A stretch of DNA of 64,000 bases, from NCBI GenBank assembly GCA_029557215.1, contig JAKPQQ010000242.1, positions 1,399 through 65,398 of the forward strand, read 5' to 3'. The notes beneath the pieces were generated by a model. That model was not told the origin of the DNA. It ran no database searches and saw only the letters and a program-made list of their open reading frames with translations. The translations under genes were made by a program, and so were the position numbers. How positions within the stretch are numbered: the stretch's first letter is position 1; each line of letters begins with the position of its first letter. The DNA is from Fibrobacterota bacterium. GTDB lineage: Bacteria > Fibrobacterota > Fibrobacteria > UBA5070. Below are positions 44,966 through 53,765 of this stretch, one piece after another.

Positions 44966-46380
44966 GGCTGCGCACCCGGGTCTTCCTGGCGATTTTCGTC
45001 CTGACCGCGGCGGGAGGCGCGTTCTTCCTGCGGTGGATCCTGGACGATCTGCGCACCCGTTACCTGGAGGCCGTGGAAGAAAACCTCGTGGACACGGCCA
45101 ACCTGCTGGCGAGCCTGCTCGAATCCACGGCGACCTCCGAGGCCGTCGTGTCGGACGGGATCTCGCGGGGGCTCGAAGCCGTCAAGAACCGTCGCTTCGA
45201 GGCGCGGATCTACCAGCTGGTGAAGACCGGGGTGGATCTGCGCGTGTACGTGGCCGATTCCGCCGGGATCGTGGTGTTCGACAGCCGCGCAGGAGGCGGC
45301 GATCTGGGCAAGGACTATTCGGGATGGCTGGACGTGAGCAGGACGCTCGCAGGCGCCTACGGGGCTCGCACCACCCGGCGCGATCCCGAGGACGAATCCA
45401 GCTCCACCCTGTTCGTGTCGGCGCCGATCCGCTTCGATGGACGGGTGGCGGGGGTGGTGACCGTCGCAAAGCCCACGCGATCGGTGAACCTCTTCCTGGA
45501 AATGGCCCGCCCCAAGATCGCGTTCGCGGCCATCCTCGCGGGCCTGGCCATGACGCTGGCCGCCTGGCTGCTTTCGCTCTGGCTTTCGCGTCCGCTGCAA
45601 AGACTCGCCCTCTACGCGCGACAGGTGCGCGACGGAGCGTCGCCACCGCTTCCCGACCTGGGAGCCAGCGAGGTCCGCGAGCTGGGGAAGGCCTTCGAGG
45701 AGATGAAGATCGCGCTGGAGGGCCGCGCCTACGTGGAAACCTACGTGCAGAGCCTGACCCACGAATTGAAGAGCCCGCTCACGGCCATCCAGGCGGCATC
45801 CGAGATCCTGTCCGAAGACCCGCCGGAATCCGTCCGCGCGCGGTTCGTGGAGAACATCCGCGGCGAGACATCGCGCATGCGCGACACCGTCGACCACCTG
45901 CTGGAACTTGCCGCGCTGGAGACGCGCACCGGGCTGCGCAATCCCGAGGCGATCGACCTGGCCTCGCTGCTCGCAAGCCAATGCCGCGCATTGGAACCCC
46001 TGGCCGGACGCCGCGGGATCTCCTTTTCCATCGTCGGGGCGGCCACGGTGCTCGGCGAACGATTCCTCCTGGAACGGGCGTTCCGCAACCTGCTGGCCAA
46101 CGCGCTGGATTTCTCGCCGGACGGATCGAGCATCGACGCGACGCTGCGGACGGAATCCGGCAGAGCGTGGGTGGAAATCCGCGACCGCGGCCCCGGGATC
46201 CCCGACTTCGCCAAGGACAAGGTGTTCGAACGGTTCTATTCGCTGGCGCGCCCCGACGGATCCCGGCGAGGATCGGGACTGGGCCTGCCGTTCGTGCGCG
46301 AGGCGCTGCGCCTGCACGGCGGATCGGTGGAACTGCTGGCGGCCCCGGATGGCGGTACGGTGGCGCGCGTCGTCTTCTGA
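44962..46380 (+). CDS. creC: Sensor histidine kinase (CreC-like)
   Basis: ATGA overlap with creB. Two TM helices flank a periplasmic domain. H-box SLTHELKSPLTAI and N/G boxes (LLANALDFSP, DRGPGIP, GSGLGLPFV). Confidence 0.85.
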   Translation: MRLRTRVFLAIFVLTAAGGAFFLRWILDDLRTRYLEAVEENLVDTANLLASLLESTATSEAVVSDGISRGLEAVKNRRFEARIYQLVKTGVDLRVYVADSAGIVVFDSRAGGGDLGKDYSGWLDVSRTLAGAYGARTTRRDPEDESSSTLFVSAPIRFDGRVAGVVTVAKPTRSVNLFLEMARPKIAFAAILAGLAMTLAAWLLSLWLSRPLQRLALYARQVRDGASPPLPDLGASEVRELGKAFEEMKIALEGRAYVETYVQSLTHELKSPLTAIQAASEILSEDPPESVRARFVENIRGETSRMRDTVDHLLELAALETRTGLRNPEAIDLASLLASQCRALEPLAGRRGISFSIVGAATVLGERFLLERAFRNLLANALDFSPDGSSIDATLRTESGRAWVEIRDRGPGIPDFAKDKVFERFYSLARPDGSRRGSGLGLPFVREALRLHGGSVELLAAPDGGTVARVVF

Positions 46381-46414
46381 TCCACCGTCGGTGGGCTCTG
46401 GACCGATTCCAGCT

Positions 46415-46430
46415 TTCACGCCGACTTCAC
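46415..46430 (+). promoter_or_regulatory. cre-tag box 1 (TTCAC-N6-TTCAC)
   Basis: Read directly: ttcacGCCGACttcac in the creC-creD gap. It matches the CreB-binding direct repeat TTCACnnnnnnTTCAC described for E. coli. Confidence 0.55.
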
Positions 46431-46447
46431 CCGACCGCCTTGCTCCC

Positions 46448-46463
46448 TTCACGGAATCTTCAC
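46448..46463 (+). promoter_or_regulatory. cre-tag box 2 (TTCAC-N6-TTCAC)
   Basis: Read directly: ttcacGGAATCttcac, 17 nt after box 1 and ~70 nt upstream of the creD ATG. Confidence 0.55.
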
Positions 46464-46534
46464 GTTCCCGAGCGATCGTTTCTCCGAAGCCGCCGGACGC
46501 ACCCGGCGCACCAACCAAATCACGGAGAATCGAC

Positions 46535-47920
46535 ATGTCGCTCGCATCCCCATTCAAGACCCCCTTCCGCCTGGGAACCCTCGTGGTCCTCGGGCTTCTG
46601 CTCCTGATCCCCCTTTCCATGGTCCGCGGCCTGGTGGACGAACGCCAATCCCGTTCCCGCGAAGTGAAAAACGAAATCGCCGGCAAATGGGGCATGCCGC
46701 AACAGTTGCTGCCGCCGATCGTTTCCGTCCCCTGGGTGCGCACCACCGTTCTCAAGAGCGGAAAGACGGAACGGAAGGAATCCTGGGTGCGCCTGTTCCC
46801 CGAAACCCTGGAAGTGGTCGGCGAGCTGTCGACCCAGACCCGCCGCCGCGGTCTGTTCAAGGTTCCGGTCTACACCGCGGCGCTGGACTGGAACGGCGCC
46901 TGGAACCTGGACCAGATCCGTCGCCACTCCCCCGGGGCGGGCTGGGTGCTCGATCCCACCCGCGCGGTGGTTTCGGTGGACCCGGGAACGGCGAGGTCGC
47001 TGTCCAAGGCGCCTCTGCTGGAACTCGACGGACACGCGGTCGAGATCGCCGCCGAACGCCCGACAGGATCCGTCCACGCGATGCACTTGCACTCGCGTCC
47101 CTTCGCCCTGGGAGGATCCCGCCGCCTGCACTTCCACCTGGCGTTGTCGCAGCGAGGCACCGAATCGTTCTCGATCGCGCCCGCCGCGGGCGCCACCACG
47201 GTGCGCCTCAAGTCCGACTGGAAATCGCCGTCGTTCCAAGGCGATTTCCTTCCCGAGCGTTCCACGATCTCCGCGACGGGCTTCGACGCGTCCTGGGGTG
47301 TATCCGGGATGAACCTCGGGATCCCCACCATCTGGCGCGACGGCGACGCACCGCTCCCGGCCTCCGTTCGCCGCGATTACGGCGAAGACCAGGTCGCGTC
47401 GAGTTCTTCGTCCCGGCTCCAGGCCCCCGTCCTCGCGGTGAGCCTGGTGGAACCCGTCGACGGCTACGACAGCATCGACCGCTCCCTCAAGTACGGTGCC
47501 CTGGTGATCGCCCTCGCGTTCCTTGCGCTGTTCCTGTTCGAGTCGTTCCTGAACCGCGCGCTCCACCCCGTCCAGTACGGACTCATCGGCCTCTCGCTGG
47601 CGCTGTTCTACCTGCTCCTGCTTTCGATTTCCGAACACCTGGGGTTCGAGACGGCTTACGCCATCGCGGCCTCGGCCGTGACGGGAACCGTCGCGGGCTA
47701 CGCGTCGGCGGCGCTCGCGGGTTGGAAGCGCGGCCTCCTGCTGGGCACCGGCCTCGCGATCCTGTGGGGATTCCTGTTCACCCTGCTCAAGGCCGAAGAC
47801 TGGGCGCTGCTCATGGGATCCACGGGCCTGTTCCTGATCGTGACCCTGGTCATGTGGCTCACCCGCAAGATCGATTGGAACCGAAGGGACCTGGCGAACC
47901 CACCGGATGCCAAGGACTGA
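46535..47920 (+). CDS. creD: Inner-membrane protein CreD
   Basis: MSLASPFKTPFRLGTLVVLGLLLLIPLSMVRGLVDERQSRSREVKNEIAGKWG is the typical CreD N-terminus. There is a large periplasmic part and then a C-terminal cluster of TM helices. Confidence 0.85.
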   Translation: MSLASPFKTPFRLGTLVVLGLLLLIPLSMVRGLVDERQSRSREVKNEIAGKWGMPQQLLPPIVSVPWVRTTVLKSGKTERKESWVRLFPETLEVVGELSTQTRRRGLFKVPVYTAALDWNGAWNLDQIRRHSPGAGWVLDPTRAVVSVDPGTARSLSKAPLLELDGHAVEIAAERPTGSVHAMHLHSRPFALGGSRRLHFHLALSQRGTESFSIAPAAGATTVRLKSDWKSPSFQGDFLPERSTISATGFDASWGVSGMNLGIPTIWRDGDAPLPASVRRDYGEDQVASSSSSRLQAPVLAVSLVEPVDGYDSIDRSLKYGALVIALAFLALFLFESFLNRALHPVQYGLIGLSLALFYLLLLSISEHLGFETAYAIAASAVTGTVAGYASAALAGWKRGLLLGTGLAILWGFLFTLLKAEDWALLMGSTGLFLIVTLVMWLTRKIDWNRRDLANPPDAKD

Positions 47921-47989
47921 AGCGACATCGAGCCGTCGCGGCCCCTGTACCTGGAGCCGTGGGGGGGCTCCGGGTGATTTCCACCAGGG

Positions 47990-48017
47990 TTGGCGCTGGC
48001 CGACAAGTGTGTACATT
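47990..48017 (+). promoter_or_regulatory. Candidate sigma70-type promoter for tRNA-Lys (and possibly mfd)
   Basis: TTGGCG-N16-TACATT read directly, ~40 nt upstream of the tRNA 5' end. Confidence 0.3.
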
Positions 48018-48056
48018 TACCCCCCTCTACCCGGACTTCCGTCCTGGGCAGGGTGA

Positions 48057-48129
48057 GATTCGGTAGCTCAGTCGGTAGAGCAGCGGCCTTTTAAGCCGTG
48101 GGTCGAGGGTTCAAATCCCTCCCGAGTCA
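48057..48129 (+). tRNA. tRNA-Lys (anticodon UUU)
   Basis: Hand-folded cloverleaf. Acceptor GATTCGG/CCGAGTC (one G-U pair), D-arm GCTC-AGTCGGTA-GAGC, anticodon arm GCGGC-CTTTTAA-GCCGT, T-arm GAGGG-TTCAAAT-CCCTC, discriminator A. CCA is not encoded. Confidence 0.9.
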
Positions 48130-48137
48130 TTCCAGCA

Positions 48138-51100
48138 ATGCAGACGATACGTGAGCTTCTGGACGATCCGCGACTTTTCCCGTCTCTTCGCGCCATCGTC
48201 CCAAGCCGCCCCAGGCTTGATGTCGCCGGACTGGACGGCGCGGCTCCCGCCGTGGCCATCGCGCTTCGCCATCTGGCGCGCGGATCCGCCGCCCGCACAC
48301 TGGTGCTCGCCTCCGACGCCCGCGAACTGGAACGCCTGCGCGACGACCTGGGCGCCCTGTTGGGCGACGACGCAGTCCTGCCGTTCCCCACGCTGGAACT
48401 GAAGCCCTACGAATGGCGGCGTCCGTTCGGGGCCGCGCTGGAAAGCCGCCTCACCACGCTCGACGCGCTTCGCCGCCCCGTTCCCGCCCTGGTGGTGGCC
48501 ACCCACGCGGCGTTCGGGCAGAGATTGTCGGAACCCGGCGCGATCGGACGCGAGGCGATCGTGCTCAAGAAGGGCGATCTGGCCGACCTCAAGGAGCTGC
48601 GGCGCGACCTGTGCCGCCTTGGCTACCGCGAAGAGCCCCTGTGCGAAGAAATGGGGACGTTTTCCGTCCGCGGCGGGATCGTGGACGTGTTCGGATACGG
48701 GATGGACAACCCCGTGCGCGCCGAGCTCCTGGACGACGAGATCGAATCGCTCAAGAGCTTCGATCTGTTCACCCAGCGCAGCCAGGACGACGTCCCCGAA
48801 GTCGAGGTCCTGCCCCTGGACGAAGGCTTCCCCGACCACGAGGCCCTCCAGGAAGGCCTCCTCAAACTCTTGTCGGCCTTTCCCGGCGAAGACCGGCGGT
48901 TCGAGATCGAACGCCAGCGCCTGGAGGACGAAGGCGACCGCACCGGCTGGGCCTGGCAGCGCCCGTACTTCGCCAGGCTCGATTGGACGCTGATCGACCA
49001 CCTGGGCGAGGGTTGCGAAGCCTTCGTGTTCGGCGACCCGTCGGCGTCCCAACGCACCCTGCTGGAATCGGCCAAGGCCGCGCGCAAGGCGTCGGTCCAG
49101 GCGGGGCACCTGGTGGCCGACCCCGAGGCGATCTGGTACGGCGAACAGGAATTGTCGGATCGCCTGGCCAAGGCGGCCTCGGCCAGGTTCGCGCCGTTTT
49201 TGGGCGACGGCGAAGGGGTCCGGATCGACTGCCGCGTGCAGGAACGGGCGGGCACCGGCATCGCCGAAGCCGGAGCACGCATCAAGGAACTGGACAAGGC
49301 GGGCACCAAAGTCACCCTTGTTTCGGTGAACCAGGGCCAGGCGTCGCGCCTGACGGAACTTGTCGAAGACCTGCCGATCGCGGGGATCGCGGTGGGTCAC
49401 CTTTCGGCCGGGTTCACGATCGCCACCGACCACCAGGCCTGGTGGACCGACCACCAGATCTTCCATCGCTTCGCGCGGCGCGTGCGGCGCGGCAGGAGCC
49501 GCGGCGGCGCCAACCTCCTGGACATCGAGTCGCTCCAGAAGGGCGACTACGTGGTGCACGACAGCCACGGCATCGGCAAGTACCTGGGCATCGAACGCAT
49601 CCACGCGGGCGGCCAGGACATCGACGTATTGGTCATCCAGTACGAAGGCAAGGACCGGCTGCGGGTGTCCATCGCGGAAATGTCGCGCATCCAGAAGTAC
49701 GGATCGCGCGACGGCTCCGAACCGCAGCTGCACAAGCTGGGCGGACGCACCTGGGACGTCCTCAAGGACAAGACCCGCAAGGCCATCGAGGAGATGGTCC
49801 GCGAGCTGGTGGAGCTGTACGCGAAGAGGTCGGTCGCGCAACGCCCGAGCCTTCCCCCCGACGACCATTTCCAGAAGGAGTTCGAGGATTCGTTCCCGTG
49901 GGACCTCACGCCCGACCAAAGTCGCGCCGTGCAGGAGACCAAGCTGGACATGCAATCCGACAAGCCCATGGACCGCCTGGTCTGCGGCGACGTGGGATTC
50001 GGCAAGACGGAAGTGGCCGTGCGCGCCATCTTCAAGGCGGTCATGTCGCGCCGCCAGACCGCCGTGCTGGTGCCCACCACCCTGCTCGCCTCGCAGCACG
50101 CCAGCACCCTGCAGGAGCGGTTCGCCGACTGGCCCATCCGGGTGGAACTGTTGAACCGGTTCGTGGGGCCCAAGGAGCAAAAACGCATTCTGGAAGACCT
50201 TGCCCAGGGCAAGGTCGACGTGATCGTGGGCACCCACCGGATCCTGGCCAAGGATGTCAAATTCCGGGAACTGGGCCTTTTGATCCTGGACGAAGAACAG
50301 AAGTTCGGCGTGAAGCAGAAGGAAAAGCTCGTGGAGATGCGCCACGAGATCGACGTCCTGACGCTCACCGCCACGCCCATTCCCCGCACCCTGCACATGG
50401 CGCTTTCCGGCGCACGCGACATTTCCATCATTTCCACCCCGCCGCGCAACCGCCTGCCCGTGGAGACCCGGGTGCGCAATTTCCGGGAAGAATCGCTGGC
50501 CGAAGCCGTTCGCGACGAACTGGAACGCGGCGGACAGGCGTTCGTGGTGTCGCCGCGCATCGAGGGCCTGGAAGACCTCGCCCGCGTCATCGAGGAGCAG
50601 GTACCCCAGGCGCGCGTGTGCATCGGACACGGCCAGATGGGCGAAGACGCCCTGGAACAGGTGATGTCGGCGTTCCTGGGACGCGAATTCGACGTGCTGG
50701 TGAGCACGACCATCGTGGAAGCGGGATTGGACATCCCCACCGTGAACACGATCTGCGTGGTCGACGCGCACAAGTTCGGACTGTCGCAGATGCACCAGCT
50801 GCGCGGACGCGTGGGACGTTCCGACATCCACGCCTTCTGCCACCTGTTCGTCCCCGACCTGGAACGCCTGCCGCAGGACGCCAAACGGCGCCTGCAGGCG
50901 TTGGAGCAGTTCACCGATCTGGGATCGGGCTACGCCATCGCCATGCGCGACCTGGAGATCCGGGGCGCGGGCAACCTGCTTGGCCACAAGCAGAGCGGTT
51001 TCACGGCCGCCGTCGGATTCGAGACCTACTGCCGCATCCTCAAGGAAACGGTGGAGCAGCTCATGGGCAAGGAGCCGCCCAAGGCGCCGCTGGAGCCGCG

Positions 51101-51557
51101 CATCGAACTGGACGGCGACGCATACCTGTCGGAGGAGTACATCGAGGATTCGCATCTGAGGATCCAGCTGTACCAGCGCATCGCGCGCGCCAAGACCACG
51201 CTGGAACTGGACCAGATGCGACAGGAACTGCGCGAACGGTTCGGGCCGGTCCCGGAGCCCGCCGCGATGGTCCTGGGCATGATGCAATGCCGCATCGCCG
51301 CGAGGATCGCCGGGGTGGCGGTGGGCGGCATCGCCAAGGGACGCATGATCCTGGAGTTCGACGACGCCTGGCGCCCGGAACTGGTCGAACTCAAGGAGCG
51401 CGCCAACGGATTGCGGCCGCGCATCGAATGGATGACCGCGGTGGCGCCGCTGCGCATGGTCGCCGACCTCACCGGGTATCCGCCGTCCAAGCAGCGGGAG
51501 GAATTCCTGGCGATCCTGCGCCAGCTCGCCGGCGAATCCCCCGAAAAGCGGGGCTGA
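48138..51557 (+). CDS. mfd: Transcription-repair coupling factor Mfd
   Basis: 1139 aa. UvrB-homology N-terminus, RNAP-interaction domain, and superfamily-2 translocase motifs (VCGDVGFGKTEVA, LLILDEEQKFG, TATPIPRTL, QLRGRVGRS). Confidence 0.93.
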   Translation: MQTIRELLDDPRLFPSLRAIVPSRPRLDVAGLDGAAPAVAIALRHLARGSAARTLVLASDARELERLRDDLGALLGDDAVLPFPTLELKPYEWRRPFGAALESRLTTLDALRRPVPALVVATHAAFGQRLSEPGAIGREAIVLKKGDLADLKELRRDLCRLGYREEPLCEEMGTFSVRGGIVDVFGYGMDNPVRAELLDDEIESLKSFDLFTQRSQDDVPEVEVLPLDEGFPDHEALQEGLLKLLSAFPGEDRRFEIERQRLEDEGDRTGWAWQRPYFARLDWTLIDHLGEGCEAFVFGDPSASQRTLLESAKAARKASVQAGHLVADPEAIWYGEQELSDRLAKAASARFAPFLGDGEGVRIDCRVQERAGTGIAEAGARIKELDKAGTKVTLVSVNQGQASRLTELVEDLPIAGIAVGHLSAGFTIATDHQAWWTDHQIFHRFARRVRRGRSRGGANLLDIESLQKGDYVVHDSHGIGKYLGIERIHAGGQDIDVLVIQYEGKDRLRVSIAEMSRIQKYGSRDGSEPQLHKLGGRTWDVLKDKTRKAIEEMVRELVELYAKRSVAQRPSLPPDDHFQKEFEDSFPWDLTPDQSRAVQETKLDMQSDKPMDRLVCGDVGFGKTEVAVRAIFKAVMSRRQTAVLVPTTLLASQHASTLQERFADWPIRVELLNRFVGPKEQKRILEDLAQGKVDVIVGTHRILAKDVKFRELGLLILDEEQKFGVKQKEKLVEMRHEIDVLTLTATPIPRTLHMALSGARDISIISTPPRNRLPVETRVRNFREESLAEAVRDELERGGQAFVVSPRIEGLEDLARVIEEQVPQARVCIGHGQMGEDALEQVMSAFLGREFDVLVSTTIVEAGLDIPTVNTICVVDAHKFGLSQMHQLRGRVGRSDIHAFCHLFVPDLERLPQDAKRRLQALEQFTDLGSGYAIAMRDLEIRGAGNLLGHKQSGFTAAVGFETYCRILKETVEQLMGKEPPKAPLEPRIELDGDAYLSEEYIEDSHLRIQLYQRIARAKTTLELDQMRQELRERFGPVPEPAAMVLGMMQCRIAARIAGVAVGGIAKGRMILEFDDAWRPELVELKERANGLRPRIEWMTAVAPLRMVADLTGYPPSKQREEFLAILRQLAGESPEKRG

Positions 51558-51777
51558 TCGACACCGAAATCGCCCCCGCACGTCCTTCGATGGATCCGCG
51601 ATCGGCCTTTTCCCGAGTCGTTCAAGGAATGCGCCACGGACGGCGTTCAGTTCCGGTCGACGCGGTGGTGACATTCCTCCACAAGCGGCGGATCAGGTTC
51701 TCCATTGGCCATCCACGACGGATTTCTCCATCGACGAGCGGGGCGAAGGTGCGCCCCATCCATCCGGAGGTTGCACG

Positions 51778-53382
51778 ATGCGCCCATGCGCCATGGTCCT
51801 GAGTCTCGCCGCGTTCGCGGCCGCATCCTGGCGGACGGTCGAACAGGCCGGCACCGACTCGCGTCCCGACCCGCGTTCCGCCGCGCTGGGTTCGGTCTTC
51901 TGGACCGACTCCTCGCGCCACGACCTGTTCTCGCTGGCGGGGAATCCCGTCGGACTCGTCCACGGTTCGGGCAAGAAGTTGTCGGTGGAGATCCGGACCT
52001 CCGGGGTCTCGCTGGCGGGAAGCGGCGCCACGGTCTCCCAATCGCATCCGGTCGGACTGGTCCTGGCCACCGAGGACGCGAACAAGTACGGCCTGCGCCT
52101 CGGGCTGGAACTGGAAAACCAGGAATTGTCTTCCGGCGCGCAGGTTCCTTCCTACAAGGCGGTCCGTCTGCGCTGGGGCCTGGACGCGGGAGCCAACCTG
52201 TGGGGCAACCGCTACCTGGCGACTGGGTTCGGACTGCACGGACGTTTTCCGTCCAACCAGACGCAGGACACCGCCGGCGGCGCCACTCCGGGAAGCTTCG
52301 AGCGTTGGCAACCCGCCCTGGAGGCGCTTCGCCTCTCGCTGGGTTCGCGGATCGCCGATTTCCTCACCTTGTCGGCGCGCGTGGAGGCCGCCGCGAGCGT
52401 GGACTCCCTGAACCACACGCCCGAAGGCACCGTTTCCAAGTCGCTCCATCGGACCGGCCGCGTGTTGCTTCCCTGGTGGGGAATCGGCGCGCAGTTCGAA
52501 CGTCCGGGGCTGCCCGCCACCGCCGTCATGGAATACGGGTTCGGGACCGCCTACCGGATGGGCGTCGTGAAGCCGGCCGGCACGATCCTGGGCGCGACCG
52601 TGATCGGCGGCGAGAACATCGACATGCCGCAACTGACCACCGACACCTCGCGATTCCTGCTGGCCGGAATCGGGCGGATCGACAAGCTCCCGGACCACCT
52701 CTTCCGACCGGCGCTGGCATTCCACCTGATCTCGTCCGAAACCCAGGCCTACGCTCCGATTCCGAACGCGCAGTCCACCGATTTTTCCCGCAAGGGCGAA
52801 GCCCTGAAGGACACGAACTGGACGTACAAGAACTCGGGATTCGCGATCGGTCTGGGTTGGGAATGGGCGCGCGGCGTGAAGGCCGCGATCGAATGGGAGC
52901 GGTCCTCCCTGAAGCTCTCGCGCGGCACGGGATTCCAGGCCGGCGCGTCGGAGGCGCACACCGACCACCGCGTGTCGATGGGCGTGGAGGCGGGGCACAT
53001 CCTGATCCCCGCGTTGCGCCAAGCGTTCCCGGTCGGCACCGCCGCCTGCGTGCGCCTTGGGATGCGCAAGCAGAGCCTGGCCGGAATGGAACTGGAACCC
53101 GGGTTCCTGGCCGGACTGACGTTGGACGAGCCCCAATTCGTCCAACCCTACCGCCCGGATTCGCGCAACTGGTCCGGGAGGGAACACGCGGTGGGGCTCG
53201 ATCCCCGACTGGGCGAAGGCGGCGACGAGATGGCCATTTCCTTGGGACTCGGCGGAAGCCTCCTGGATGGACGTGTCGGACTGGACGCCGCGCTCGTGTT
53301 CGACAGCTGGAAGGACGACGCTCCCGATTCGCCCAAGCTGAGCGGCACCGGCTGGAACATCGGGGTCCACTGGGCGATGTGA
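51778..53382 (+). CDS. Hypothetical secreted, probably outer-membrane beta-barrel protein
   Basis: GGAGG RBS and signal peptide MRPCAMVLSLAAFAAASW. Gly/aromatic-rich alternating beta pattern throughout. No family recognised. Confidence 0.55.
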   Translation: MRPCAMVLSLAAFAAASWRTVEQAGTDSRPDPRSAALGSVFWTDSSRHDLFSLAGNPVGLVHGSGKKLSVEIRTSGVSLAGSGATVSQSHPVGLVLATEDANKYGLRLGLELENQELSSGAQVPSYKAVRLRWGLDAGANLWGNRYLATGFGLHGRFPSNQTQDTAGGATPGSFERWQPALEALRLSLGSRIADFLTLSARVEAAASVDSLNHTPEGTVSKSLHRTGRVLLPWWGIGAQFERPGLPATAVMEYGFGTAYRMGVVKPAGTILGATVIGGENIDMPQLTTDTSRFLLAGIGRIDKLPDHLFRPALAFHLISSETQAYAPIPNAQSTDFSRKGEALKDTNWTYKNSGFAIGLGWEWARGVKAAIEWERSSLKLSRGTGFQAGASEAHTDHRVSMGVEAGHILIPALRQAFPVGTAACVRLGMRKQSLAGMELEPGFLAGLTLDEPQFVQPYRPDSRNWSGREHAVGLDPRLGEGGDEMAISLGLGGSLLDGRVGLDAALVFDSWKDDAPDSPKLSGTGWNIGVHWAM

Positions 53383-53476
53383 GATCGCCCACCGGCGACG
53401 GAACCGGAACGATCGCCCGTCGTAGATAGAGACGCATTCTCTTTGTAGATTATGGGAACCCTAACCAGGAGGCTTC

Positions 53477-53698
53477 ATGCGTCTGCTCGCTCTCGTGTTC
53501 GCGTTTTCCGTCGCCGCCATCGCCGGCCCCAATCATGGCGAATGCCCCAAGAAGAAGGCAGAATGCCCGCGCATGTCGGATTCCACGGCGGTCATGGACA
53601 CCACCCAGTGCAAGAAGAAGACGGACTGCTGCAAGAAGGCCGGTTCCGAAGGCGAATGTCCCAAGAAGAAGGAACAGTGCCCCAAGAAGGCTTCCTGA
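53477..53698 (+). CDS. Small secreted Cys/Lys-rich repeat peptide (73 aa precursor)
   Basis: AGGAGG sits 4 nt upstream of the ATG, after an AT-rich stretch. Signal peptide MRLLALVFAFSVAAIA. The mature part has 7 Cys and 13 Lys, with GECPKKK(A/E)(E/Q)CP occurring twice plus QCKKKTDCCKK. Confidence 0.6.
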   Translation: MRLLALVFAFSVAAIAGPNHGECPKKKAECPRMSDSTAVMDTTQCKKKTDCCKKAGSEGECPKKKEQCPKKAS

Positions 53699-53765
53699 AG
53701 CCAGTCGCGGGCGTGGTGCCGAATCGGCTCCTGCCGGTCCGGCACGCCTGCTACATTGGCCCATT

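Noticed and set aside
48111-51802. 1187-aa antisense and 1129-aa alternative-frame ORFs over mfd
   Set aside because: Shadow frames with Arg/Gly/His/Pro bias. The 48138-51557 frame carries all the Mfd helicase motifs.
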